NCBI GenBank assembly: GCA_963707025.1
Contig: CAVPOM010000018.1
Coordinates: 672,001-736,000 of the forward strand
Direction: 5' to 3'
From: an uncultured Verrucomicrobiae bacterium
Lineage (GTDB): Bacteria; Verrucomicrobiota; Verrucomicrobiia; Limisphaerales; Palsa-1400
DNA length: 64,000 bases
Shown: positions 21,255 through 30,129 of the stretch, one piece after another
Position numbering within the stretch: the first letter of the stretch is position 1
Layout: the number at the start of each line of letters is the position of its first letter
Made by a program: the position numbers and the translations under genes
Notes under the pieces: generated by a model
Told to the model about the DNA's origin: nothing
Databases searched by the model: none
The model's input: the letters and a program-made list of their open reading frames with translations, nothing else

Positions 21255-21689
21255 TCAAGGCGCTGTAATTCTGCCGGTCAGTTGTCCGGCGAGTTGCGTG
21301 AAATCGCGGACATTGAATGTGTAAATCCGGTCTGCCCCGCATTTCTCAGCACACGTCAGATGAAGCACATCATAGGCTTTCCCGCCGACAACGTTGTTTT
21401 GCCCAAGCTTCCAAGACAGTTGGCTGTATTCGTTGCCCGTCAGAGCCACCACAGAAAAGTGCTTGACGATGTTGTCGGCAATCAGCCTGGCGGCTTGCAT
21501 TGAGGAGATTCTTGGCACGCGCGGCAGCCGCGTGAGGATGGCATGCGCTTCCAAAAGACTGTGCGCGCTCACAAAGCCTTCCGCCTTCCCTGTGTGGACC
21601 GTTTGAACGACCGGCAGGGCGCGAGCATGATGTTCGTGGTCGGCAATGCAGGCCGCCACCAGCACGTTGGTATCAAGGAAATACTTCAT
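21255..21689 (-). CDS. vapC: PIN-domain toxin (VapC family)
   Basis: YFLDTNVLVA...LLEAH...YDVLH...TFNVRDF; ATGA overlap with the antitoxin. Confidence 0.88.
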   Translation of the reverse strand: MKYFLDTNVLVAACIADHEHHARALPVVQTVHTGKAEGFVSAHSLLEAHAILTRLPRVPRISSMQAARLIADNIVKHFSVVALTGNEYSQLSWKLGQNNVVGGKAYDVLHLTCAEKCGADRIYTFNVRDFTQLAGQLTGRITAP

Positions 21690-21976
21690 CTGTGGCGCAG
21701 TTTCGGTGTGCCGGTCGGGATTCTTGCCTCGCGATCCTGTTCCAGGAGTTCATTGACTTTGGCGGTGGTAATCGGTTCTGCAAAACCACCCGTGAACACC
21801 AAAACGCTCCCCTTCCGAATAAGTTCTCCGCCGGTATCCGCAGGCTCAAGCCTGAAACCGTTTCCCTCCACCGACAGGCGAAGCTTGTCGCCTGGCAGAA
21901 GATTGAACTGCTCCCGCAGCGGCTTGGGCAGCACCACTCGTCCTGCCTTGTCCATTTGAATCGTTTCGTTCTTCAT
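21686..21976 (-). CDS. AbrB/MazE-family antitoxin
   Basis: MDKAGRVVLPKPLREQFNLLPGDKL. Confidence 0.88.
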   Translation of the reverse strand: MKNETIQMDKAGRVVLPKPLREQFNLLPGDKLRLSVEGNGFRLEPADTGGELIRKGSVLVFTGGFAEPITTAKVNELLEQDREARIPTGTPKLRHR

Positions 21977-22091
21977 GCCATTTAAAATACCATTTGTCAG
22001 AGACAAATGGAAGCAATCTTTTTTGCCTCGTCATGCGGGCGTTTCGCCCCCTTTCCGGGTTCCGATTTCACCATTCACAATTCCAAATTCA

Positions 22092-22223
22092 CTATTCCCC
22101 GCCCAGCCTTTGGCGATGCCGCCGCAAAATTTTCGCCAACGCCCCCTCCGTCTCCTTATTCCCGGACGACCGAATCCGCCCCATCACCTCCGACCGCTTC
22201 GCTTTGTAGAAAACATCAGGCAC
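22092..22223 (-). pseudogene. vsr: Truncated very-short-patch-repair endonuclease (N-terminal 43 aa)
   Basis: VPDVFYKAKRSEVMGRIRSSGNKETEGALAKILRRH, then a stop; typical Vsr N-terminus. Confidence 0.75.
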
Positions 22224-22233
22224 AAATCAAACT

Positions 22234-23028
22234 TTAACGCTCGAAAATCTCCTCTCGGTGGTAGCGGAGAAACTCCGGGTTGGGTTCGGCTAGCTTGTGA
22301 GGCAGATCAATTGGCTTTCCCTCGAAAGGCACGAAGTTCTGTTCCAGAGTGACTTGTGGAAAGAAGCTTTTCAGCCGCTTGCTTAAGACAACACTCAATT
22401 TCTCGTCGAGCGTGATTAGCCCGGAATCAAAGGCCGCGTCGTGGAGGGCCGACAAGCAAAGTCCGTTGCACGGTTCGAGGCGCTCGCCCGGAAAATCACG
22501 CCACGGTTTGATGTGGCTGGCAATGAGCAGACGCGGGATGTTGATGCCACTGATGCAGCAACGCACCCCGTAAGCATTGAGGATCGCTTGCCGGAAAAAC
22601 TGCTGGCCGCGCCGCACCGGCACCGTAGCGGCAACTTCCGTCGGGCCGCCCGGCGGAGCAAGCCGAATCCGATCCCTCCCCAGAAAATCCAGTTCCTTTT
22701 CTTGGTCGTTGGTGAACAGGTCGTGCATCAATTCCTCGCTCACAACTCCCAAAGTCGTGATCTGCGCGTGAAACTCGTTCCAAACTTCATGGTCTTGTCG
22801 GCTCGCGCCGGGCAAGCCTCTGATGCCGCGTGCCTGTTGCACCGGATCAAGCGAAGCGAAGTTGCACAATTTCATGGCCAGGCTGCTTGCGGTTCGTCCC
22901 ATTTTGGAGGCAACTTCCATGATAATTGGATTGCCCCGGTGCAGTTTTCCGAAGGGCAATTTGCAGTACAGATTCAACGCGATAAGGCAATGTTCGCGCG
23001 TCCATCTCACGTTGGGTGCTTTGCTCAT
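22234..23028 (-). CDS. HNH endonuclease (putative restriction endonuclease)
   Basis: RRGQQFFRQAILNAYGVRCCISG...ASHIKPW...NGLCLSALHDAAFDSGLI; N-terminal WTRE...LYCKLPFG...LAMKLCNF domain. Confidence 0.9.
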   Translation of the reverse strand: MSKAPNVRWTREHCLIALNLYCKLPFGKLHRGNPIIMEVASKMGRTASSLAMKLCNFASLDPVQQARGIRGLPGASRQDHEVWNEFHAQITTLGVVSEELMHDLFTNDQEKELDFLGRDRIRLAPPGGPTEVAATVPVRRGQQFFRQAILNAYGVRCCISGINIPRLLIASHIKPWRDFPGERLEPCNGLCLSALHDAAFDSGLITLDEKLSVVLSKRLKSFFPQVTLEQNFVPFEGKPIDLPHKLAEPNPEFLRYHREEIFER

Positions 23029-23031
23029 CTT

Positions 23032-23493
23032 TCAATCGTAAAGGTAATCGGGCTCGTCTGCTTGACGTGCTTCGTTTGTCAGGAGGTAGCCGATACGGTT
23101 GACGTAGTGAAAGCCGGGTGAAATCCACCACAATCCTTCGCATTCAATGAGCGTCCAGAGATTTTCGGATGGCGCGTTTCGCACCATTTCCCATTCCGCA
23201 CCAACCCACCCAAAAGAACAACCGTCCAGAGCGGCAGAAGCGTCGAAAGGATTCTTCATGAGAGTGAAAGGTTGCCCGAATTCGTCGAAGTCGGGATATT
23301 CCCCGTCGAGCTCAACACGGGGTTCGAGACTGACTGGTATCTCCAGTTCCTTTGCACGCCTCAGGGCATCTGCGAGCGCCTCTGCGGCATTATCCCCTTC
23401 TTGGAATGCAGGAGGCTCATCGTCAGAGAACGCGACCATGAAAACTCTTTTCATTTCTCGCAATATTCTCTCAATTCTACAGCAGGCTGGCAA
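23032..23493 (-). CDS. Acidic hypothetical protein
   Basis: Open frame ending 3 bp upstream of the HNH gene; start may be MKRVF near 23454. Confidence 0.55.
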   Translation of the reverse strand: MPACCRIERILREMKRVFMVAFSDDEPPAFQEGDNAAEALADALRRAKELEIPVSLEPRVELDGEYPDFDEFGQPFTLMKNPFDASAALDGCSFGWVGAEWEMVRNAPSENLWTLIECEGLWWISPGFHYVNRIGYLLTNEARQADEPDYLYD

Positions 23494-23523
23494 CAGCGAC
23501 TTTTTAAAAACCGTTGTCTCAGA

Positions 23524-23643
23524 TCAACCATCAGAGCAGGAGGCCGCGGTTTCCGCGAGTTTTTCCTGGGTCAGCCCTCGCCCTTCGCGCAGGCGGCGGA
23601 CGTTTCGCCCAAGGGCGGAAAGGACTGTGTCACGATTCGGCAT
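23524..23643 (-). pseudogene. Truncated XRE-family HTH (controller/C-protein-like)
   Basis: MPNRDTVLSALGRNVRRLREGRGLTQEKLAETA, then a premature stop. Confidence 0.7.
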
Positions 23644-23692
23644 GACTGATAGTCCATGCCGAAAAAGGCGGGAAGTCTATGGACTATGAGTC
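23644..23692. promoter_or_regulatory. Pair of C-box-like operators (GACT-N3-AGTC)
   Basis: GACTGATAGTC (23644-23654) and GACTATGAGTC (23682-23692), forming a 13/14 inverted repeat abutting the HTH ATG. Confidence 0.6.
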
Positions 23693-23728
23693 AAGTTGAG
23701 GCGGAACGAAGAAAGCGACCGACGGAGA

Positions 23729-23863
23729 TTATTTGAGCCAGTGGATTTTGATTTCCTTTTCCAGCGGCTTGAACTCAGGGTCGCCGGTGACGAGTTCGGT
23801 TTTCCTGTCCTTGGCCAGCGCGGCGGCAAAGGCGTCGGCCAGGCTGGTGGCGAGTTCGTTCAT
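23729..23863 (-). pseudogene. 44-aa mini-ORF consisting of a VapC C-terminal fragment
   Basis: 23735-23845 matches 24685-24795 with about 5 mismatches in 111 bp. Confidence 0.7.
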
Positions 23864-24414
23864 GAGGTCTTCTTGCGCCCGGTGTGGAAGCCGATTTCGC
23901 GCCGCGGTAGCTCGGGGGGAGCCAGGAGGGGACGAATCTTGTCATAAAGGTCGCGCAGAGCACCGTCGTGGCCGAGCAGCACCTTCTCGATGTCCGCGAG
24001 GCGCCGCGCCATATCCTGGTTGCGGGCGAGCGCGGAACGCATTTTGACGAAGGCCCGGATGACGTAAACGCTCATCTCGACTGCGCGCGGGCTCTTCAGC
24101 AGGTTGGCCGCCATCAGAGCGCCATGCTCGGTGAAGGCATGGGGCGGGTACTTGCGATGCCGGCCTCGACCGGGCTTTAAGATCGCAGTTTGCGATCTTA
24201 AAGAATGGAGTTTCGCCCACTCTTCTTTAGTAAGGCGAAACATGAAATCTTCGGGAAAGCGGTCGCGGTTTCTCCTGACCGCCTCGTTGAAGCGGAAAGT
24301 CGGCACTCCATAGATGCCGGCCAGATCCGTGTCGAGAATCACTTTCTGATCACGCAATGAAAGGATGAGCTTATCAAGATCGGGGAGGAGTGCGGGTCGG
24401 GTGATCTTTTTCAT
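23860..24414 (-). CDS. ORF6N-domain DNA-binding protein
   Basis: LRDQKVILDTDLAGIYGV...VRRNRDRFPEDFMFRLT...AFTEHGALMAANLLKS; ends REIGF. Confidence 0.9.
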   Translation of the reverse strand: MKKITRPALLPDLDKLILSLRDQKVILDTDLAGIYGVPTFRFNEAVRRNRDRFPEDFMFRLTKEEWAKLHSLRSQTAILKPGRGRHRKYPPHAFTEHGALMAANLLKSPRAVEMSVYVIRAFVKMRSALARNQDMARRLADIEKVLLGHDGALRDLYDKIRPLLAPPELPRREIGFHTGRKKTS

Positions 24415-24635
24415 GGCTGAATCGCCTGGCCGATGCACTCCGGCGGCGGAGAGGCTTGGGCGAATTCCAGCAAAGCAAGCTTTTTGAGTTTGCCGGGCGA
24501 GAGGCGCGGCCGGATTCTGCGGCGCGCGAGGCGCTTGGGTTCCAGCTTCTTCCATAGTCGTTCATCGGCATTAAATTGGTCCAGCAATCGCTGGGTTGGC
24601 CTCTGATCCGGCGGCAGATTAGCGTATGGTCTCAT
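24411..24635 (-). CDS. Small basic hypothetical protein
   Basis: MRPYANLPPD...; stop overlaps the ORF6N start (ATGA). Confidence 0.4.
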   Translation of the reverse strand: MRPYANLPPDQRPTQRLLDQFNADERLWKKLEPKRLARRRIRPRLSPGKLKKLALLEFAQASPPPECIGQAIQP

Positions 24636-24666
24636 GGGGTTATAGTGACAAGAGCTTCGATGTCGG

Positions 24667-25083
24667 TCAAGCGGGAGTGCCACCGAGCCAGTGGATTTTA
24701 ATCTCCTTTTCCAGCGGCTTGAACTCAGGGTCGCCGGTGACGAGTTCGGTTTTCTTTTCCTTGGCCAGCGCGGCGGCAAAGGCATCGGCCAGGCTCATTT
24801 TGAAACGGGCTTTGAAGTTGGCCGCCAAATCGGCCAGGCGGCGGTCGGCGGGATGAAATTCTATCGGCGCGGCTTTTAATTCTTTGGCGATGGCCGCCCA
24901 GGCGGCGTCGCCGTCCTTCATGCGCACAATGTATTGCACCTCGGCGTAGTTTACCTCGGTCATGTGGACCGGTTGGTCGCGCTGGCCGGCGCGTTCGAGG
25001 AGCAGCGATACCGCCTCCCCGCCCGGTTCATCCCGGAACAGCGCCAGGAGCGCGAAACTATCGAGAACCGGTGCTGCGGGCAT
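24667..25083 (-). CDS. vapC: PIN-domain toxin (VapC family)
   Basis: VLDSFALLA...VNYAEV...SLADAFAAALA...LVTGDPEF. Confidence 0.9.
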   Translation of the reverse strand: MPAAPVLDSFALLALFRDEPGGEAVSLLLERAGQRDQPVHMTEVNYAEVQYIVRMKDGDAAWAAIAKELKAAPIEFHPADRRLADLAANFKARFKMSLADAFAAALAKEKKTELVTGDPEFKPLEKEIKIHWLGGTPA

Positions 25084-25345
25084 ATTTGGCCTCCTCCAGT
25101 TGTTTTTCCGCGCGTTTGTGCTCCGCCATTTCCTCCGCCAGCGGCTTTGCGCCCGGTTTGCGTTTCAGAATGCCCCGCAACCGCCGGATGGTCACCGCCG
25201 TGACCGGTTTCAGCAGAATGCCATCCTCCGTGGCCTCGACAATGGCCTTGGTGCCGTCTTCAATGTGGAATTGTTTGCGCAGGCGCAGCGGGATCACCAC
25301 CTGGCCTTTGGTGGTGAACCAGACCGCATTGGCGCTTTCAGTCAT
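25058..25345 (-). CDS. AbrB/MazE-family antitoxin
   Basis: TTKGQVVIPLRLRKQFHIEDGTKAIV. Confidence 0.88.
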   Translation of the reverse strand: MTESANAVWFTTKGQVVIPLRLRKQFHIEDGTKAIVEATEDGILLKPVTAVTIRRLRGILKRKPGAKPLAEEMAEHKRAEKQLEEAKYARSTGSR

Positions 25346-25696
25346 ACTCATGTTCAGAATATGACAGAACATAGAAACTCCGTCAATGGAAAAATGTGGG
25401 AATTTTAAAATTATTCTTACTTCAGGGCGTTTTCAATCTTGGCTTGCACAGCGCCTCGCTCCTTCGATTTCGGCCAGGCGGGGACGCCACAAAGCCGTAT
25501 CCGTTAAATAATGCAGGAGGATTTCAACGCAAAGGCGCGAAGGCGCAAGGACGCAATGAGGATTTTGCCCGGGGCAGTTCGGGTCGCCCATCGCTGAGCC
25601 TTGGTCAGGGATCACGTTTTGCTTCCTGGCCCTGCGCCTTCGCGTCTCTGCGTCTTTGCGTTAAGACCGGATTGCATCTTAAGAGCCAAGCCAGTT

Positions 25697-25807
25697 GATT
25701 TTGATTTCATTCGCCGGCGGCTGGAACTCCGGGGCGGCGGTGGCAGAAAGGAGATTAGGATTAGGATTACGATTAAGATTAGGAGAGGAGGCGGCAGGTT
25801 GCGCTTC
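25697..25807 (+). repeat. About 100-bp direct repeat, copy 1 (second copy 26580-26678)
   Basis: gattttgatttcattcgccggcggctggaactcc...aaaggagattagg...ggaggcggcaggttgcgcttc; copies differ mainly in GATTAR tract length. Confidence 0.85.
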
Positions 25808-25926
25808 ATGAGCCGGGCGCGCGGCGCCCCGCGATTGCCCGCCCCGGAAACTGCCCCCGATCCAGCGCCTTTTATTCAGTCGTCACTCTCACACCGGGGT
25901 TGGTTTGTTGCCCGGCGTTCCCGGTC

Positions 25927-26163
25927 TCAATGGGCCACCGGCGCGAAGGGACGGGCATGATGAATCTCGTTGCGCGACAGTGGGCGAATTTGAGCCGCCG
26001 AAACTTTTGTGACCGCAACGGTAGAACCGTCGAAAGTGGTGAACTCGACCGTGAAATTCTTGCCGCCCTTGTAAACGTGGACGACCGCCCCCACATCACC
26101 CGCCGTGAGTCCATGCTCAGGCAGGTTCGCGGTCAACGCCACACAATCAAGTTCAGAAATCAT
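25927..26163 (-). CDS. DUF4926-domain protein
   Basis: MISELDCVALTANLPEHGLTAGDVGAVVHVY...FTVEF...GSTVAV. Confidence 0.8.
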   Translation of the reverse strand: MISELDCVALTANLPEHGLTAGDVGAVVHVYKGGKNFTVEFTTFDGSTVAVTKVSAAQIRPLSRNEIHHARPFAPVAH

Positions 26164-26394
26164 GCTTGCAAAGGGTAGGCTGTAACGAAGCGTGGCGCAA
26201 GCTCGCCGTTTTCGAGAAGCCAGACCGCGCGCACATGGGGTTCCCGCCCCGAAGGGGTCATCAGCCTGCCTTCGATGACGTAAGTGATGCCGTCCGCGTC
26301 TTGCAATGTGTCAGCCACAGGATTGGCTTTCGCGTGTCCACGCAATGCGCCTTCCAATACCTGCCATTGCTCGCGATGAAAGCCGAACCTTTTT
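26160..26394 (-). pseudogene. DUF6883-like protein, 5' truncated
   Basis: RFGFHREQWQVLEGALRGH...YVIEGRLMTPSGR...VW...PRFVTAYP; ATGA overlap with DUF4926. Confidence 0.65.
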
Positions 26395-26759
26395 CATTCC
26401 AAGTCTGGCCAATCAGTAAATACGAATTCCGTTGCATCCCTTTTTGTATCCCTGCCCGCGTTTATGCTGCAAAAAAACCGCCAGTCGGAGCAAAAGACGA
26501 AAGCGTATAAACCATTGAATTTACGAGGGAAATCAGTGGCAGCACCGCAGAGCAAAACCCGGCAAAAAATGCGTCTTTGGATTTTGATTTCATTCGCCGG
26601 CGGCTGGAACTCCGCGGCGGCGGTGGCAGAAAGGAGATTAGGATTAAGATTAGGAAAGGAGGCGGCAGGTTGCGCTTCCTCACCCAGGCGCGCGCGAAGA
26701 CAGGAAAACTTTTTGCGCCTTTGCACCCTTGCGACTTTGCGTTATCAATTCCTTGAGAC

Positions 26760-28025
26760 ATGCAGATCGAACTGATCAATACGGGCGCGGAACTGCTGGT
26801 CGGGCGCGTCCTCAACACCCACCAGCAATGGCTTTGCCGCCAGTTGACCGACTTGGGCTACGAGGTCTCGCGCCAAGTTTGTGTGCCCAACGATGTCCGG
26901 CAAATCCAGGACGCCCTGCAGGAGTCGCTCGCGCGGGCGGATCTGATCATCACCACCGGGGGTTTGGGCCCCACCAGCGACGACCTGACCCGGGATGTGG
27001 TCGCGCAAGTGCTCCGCCGAAAACTTGTCCCGCACAAGGCCACCCTCGCCGCGATCGAACAATTCTTCGCCGCGCGCCACCGGCCGATGCCGGCCAATGT
27101 GCAAGTCCAGGCCATGATTCCCGCAGGCGCAACTGTTCTGCCCAATCCCAACGGCACGGCGCCCGGGCTGGCCTTGGAGACCATCCCCGGCAAACAGTGC
27201 CTCATTGTTCTGCCCGGCCCGCCGCGCGAATTGCGGCCCATGTTCCTGCGTTCCGTCGTTCCACTGTTGCGCCGGAAATTTCCCGCCCCCTCCAAATTCT
27301 TATGCCGCACCATCAAAACCACCGGCTTGGGCGAATCGGTCGTCGAAGAAAAGATTGCCGTGGCGTTACAACCGCTGGTCCGCAACGGTCTGCAACTGGC
27401 CTATTGCGCCCGCGTCGGCGAAGTGGATGTGCGGCTGGCTGCGCGCGGCGATAAAGCCGGCGCTCTCCTGGCCGAAGGCACGCGCCGGGTCAGGAAAATG
27501 CTGGGCCGGGTGATTTTCGGGAAAGACGACGACTCGCTGGAATCGGTGCTGGTTGACCTCCTGACCCGCCGCAAGAAGACGCTGGCCGTTGCCGAATCCT
27601 GCACGGGCGGCTACCTCGCCCATCGCCTGACCAATGTTCCCGGATCCAGCGCGGTCTTTCTTGGCGGCGTGGTTGCCTACAGCAACCAGGTCAAACAAGA
27701 CGTGTTGGGAGTCCGAGCGGAGACCTTGCGCGAGCATGGGGTGGTGAGCGAAGCAGTGGCGCGGGAAATGGCCGAGGGGGCGCGCCGACTCTTCCGGGCC
27801 GACTACGCGCTGGCGGTGACCGGCATAGCGGGGCCAGGCGGCGGCACGCCGGATAAGCCGGTCGGCACCGCCTACATCGCATTGTCCGAGAAAAAGGGAA
27901 CGACTGTCCAAAATCAGTACAGTCCGGTGGATCGTAAGACATTTAAATTCGCCATTTCCCAGCGCGCGCTGGATCTCCTGCGCCAAGCGTTGCCCGGAAG
28001 GGTTGACCGCGCCATGAGGCCATAA
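26760..28025 (+). CDS. cinA: CinA-family protein (with C-terminal NMN deamidase PncC domain)
   Basis: INTGAELLVG, TGGLGPTSDDLT, LPGPPRE, AESCTGG, TGIAGPGG. Confidence 0.93.
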   Translation: MQIELINTGAELLVGRVLNTHQQWLCRQLTDLGYEVSRQVCVPNDVRQIQDALQESLARADLIITTGGLGPTSDDLTRDVVAQVLRRKLVPHKATLAAIEQFFAARHRPMPANVQVQAMIPAGATVLPNPNGTAPGLALETIPGKQCLIVLPGPPRELRPMFLRSVVPLLRRKFPAPSKFLCRTIKTTGLGESVVEEKIAVALQPLVRNGLQLAYCARVGEVDVRLAARGDKAGALLAEGTRRVRKMLGRVIFGKDDDSLESVLVDLLTRRKKTLAVAESCTGGYLAHRLTNVPGSSAVFLGGVVAYSNQVKQDVLGVRAETLREHGVVSEAVAREMAEGARRLFRADYALAVTGIAGPGGGTPDKPVGTAYIALSEKKGTTVQNQYSPVDRKTFKFAISQRALDLLRQALPGRVDRAMRP

Positions 28026-28239
28026 AGCCCATATAATGGCGCCTCCATCCTGGCAAAAGGGTTCTGCACAAGGCACAAGTTGCTCTGCCAGTGGGACATG
28101 GGACTATTGTCCGCCCTGGCTGCGGGCGGCCGCCGGCACTTTTGCGGACGAGTTCAGCGTGGTGCCAGCCGGTTTGGCCGGACGCTTTGGGATTTGGGGT
28201 GTGTTGGATTGTGAGGAAGCTTGCATGAGGGGTTGCTAT

Positions 28240-28255
28240 TGGCATGGGGGGTGCT
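28240..28255 (+). promoter_or_regulatory. Candidate sigma-54 promoter of the pilin gene
   Basis: TGGCATGGGGGGTGCT with GG-N10-GC spacing, about 105 bp upstream of the pilin ATG. Confidence 0.55.
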
Positions 28256-28361
28256 AAATTGAGAGTTGCGGTTGCAAAAGGCAATCAGTGAGCATGATTG
28301 TATTCATCTAAAACCCGCCTTTTGCATTGTTCACGCCGCATCAGAAAGGGTCCTAATAACT

Positions 28362-28739
28362 ATGCAAAATAAGACAAGCCGCAAGGCAGGGTTCACGCTG
28401 GTTGAGATCATGATCGTTGTCGCCATTATCGGCCTGTTGGCTGCCATCGCGATTCCGAACTTCGTTCGCGCCCGCACCACCTCGCAGACCAACGCCTGCA
28501 TCAGCAACCTCCGTATCATTGACGGAGCCAAGGGCCAGTGGGCCTTGGAAGTACACAAGCAAAACACCGATACACCTGCCGGCACGGATATTCAGCCCTA
28601 CATGGGCCGTGGATCCGCCGGTGAACTGCCCGTTTGCCCGAATGACTCGGCGCAAACCTTTGCCACCAGCTACAGCGCCAACAGTGTTGGCGTCAAACCG
28701 ACCTGCAACATCGTGCCGGCTACACACAGTCTGCCGTAA
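28362..28739 (+). CDS. Type IV pilin / prepilin-type N-terminal cleavage protein
   Basis: KAG|FTLVEIMIVVAIIGLLAAIAIPNF; C-terminal cysteines. Confidence 0.9.
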   Translation: MQNKTSRKAGFTLVEIMIVVAIIGLLAAIAIPNFVRARTTSQTNACISNLRIIDGAKGQWALEVHKQNTDTPAGTDIQPYMGRGSAGELPVCPNDSAQTFATSYSANSVGVKPTCNIVPATHSLP

Positions 28740-29160
28740 GGCAACTCTTCAGTCTTGATCGCTGAGATCGAGACGCTGCAAAAGGTCCGGGAGAAATCCC
28801 GGACCTTTTTCTTTGGCCCGCCCCCGCCCGGGCCAAGGCGGGTCGCTGGTGCCGCCAACCGCTCCGCAAAACGGGCGTCCACGATTGCAGCGGCGGTCCA
28901 TGACCGCCGCAGATTGGGGATGAACGCAATTTGGCGAGGAATAATAATGCGGGGGTCATAGACCGCCGCCGCCTGGGTGGGCGCCGGAAAGGGGATTGCC
29001 ATCCCTGCCACTCGCGAACATTTCTTGGGAAAAAGTCGCGGCTCAACGGAGTCTCCCCCTGCCGTCGTGCGGCGGGTCCCGATAATTCGGGACCCGCCCT
29101 ACCGTCCAAAACTGCAATATCGTCATTTGACTTTTTGCGCAGGAAGGCGAATATATTCGG

Positions 29161-29709
29161 ATGAAAGTTGTCTTATCCTTGCTCTGTGTCCTGCTGGCCG
29201 CCCAGATGGCGGGCGCGGCCGACATTCAGGACATCAAACTCAACGACATAAACGACAAGCCCACCTCGCTGAAGGCTTACGCCGGCAAAGTCGTCCTGCT
29301 GGTCAACGTCGCCTCCCTCTGCGGCAACACCCCGCAGTACAAGGGCCTGGAGGCCATGTACGAAAAATATAAGGACAAGGGATTGGTTGTGGTGGGCGTG
29401 CCTTGCAACGATTTCAGAGCGCAGGAGCCGGGAACGGCCGCGGAAATTGTCAAATTCTGCACGGACAATTACCACGTCACGTTCCCGCTCATGGCGAAAA
29501 TCCATGTCAAAGGGGCCGAACAACATCCCCTGTATGCCGCCCTGACCAAAGACCCCGCGATCCCCGGCGCCAAGGGCGACATAGATTGGAACTTCGCCAA
29601 ATTCGTGATTGGCCGCGATGGCAAACCGATCAAGCGTTTCGCCAGCAGAGTGCAGCCCGAGAACGCGGACCTGGTGCAAACGGTGGAAACGGCGCTGGCG
29701 GCCAAGTGA
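29161..29709 (+). CDS. Glutathione peroxidase family, exported
   Basis: GKVVLLVNVASLCG, PCNDF, WNFAKF. Confidence 0.92.
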   Translation: MKVVLSLLCVLLAAQMAGAADIQDIKLNDINDKPTSLKAYAGKVVLLVNVASLCGNTPQYKGLEAMYEKYKDKGLVVVGVPCNDFRAQEPGTAAEIVKFCTDNYHVTFPLMAKIHVKGAEQHPLYAALTKDPAIPGAKGDIDWNFAKFVIGRDGKPIKRFASRVQPENADLVQTVETALAAK

Positions 29710-29823
29710 AAGCGGGATCATGCCAGGGCCAGGCACCACCGGGGCAATGGCCCCGGGCGGGGGGAATTTTCGTCCGCCAGGAATAAAGCTTGAGCGGAAG
29801 CCAAAAAAAACTAAGCTAACCCC

Positions 29824-30126
29824 ATGTCTAAGGTTAAACACATTGTCCTGTTCAAGTTCAAAGAGGGAACGACCGAAGAACAAACCAACAAGTTCTTCGA
29901 GGAGGTTCTGGATTTGTCGGAATCAGTGCCGGGCATAGACGACTACGTCTCCGGCGCCTGCTGCAGCGCGGAGGGCCGCAACCAGGGGCTGACGCACGGG
30001 TTCATCATGACCTTTGCCGACGCCGCCGCGCGCGACGCCTACCTGGTGCATCCGGAACACGAACGCTTCAAGACCGGCGCGCTCCCCCTGTTGGAGAACA
30101 TCCTCATCTTCGATTTTGAGGTGTAA
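29824..30126 (+). CDS. Dabb (stress-responsive A/B barrel) protein
   Basis: VKHIVLFKFK...THGFIMTF...YLVHPEH...FDF. Confidence 0.88.
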   Translation: MSKVKHIVLFKFKEGTTEEQTNKFFEEVLDLSESVPGIDDYVSGACCSAEGRNQGLTHGFIMTFADAAARDAYLVHPEHERFKTGALPLLENILIFDFEV

Positions 30127-30129
30127 TTA

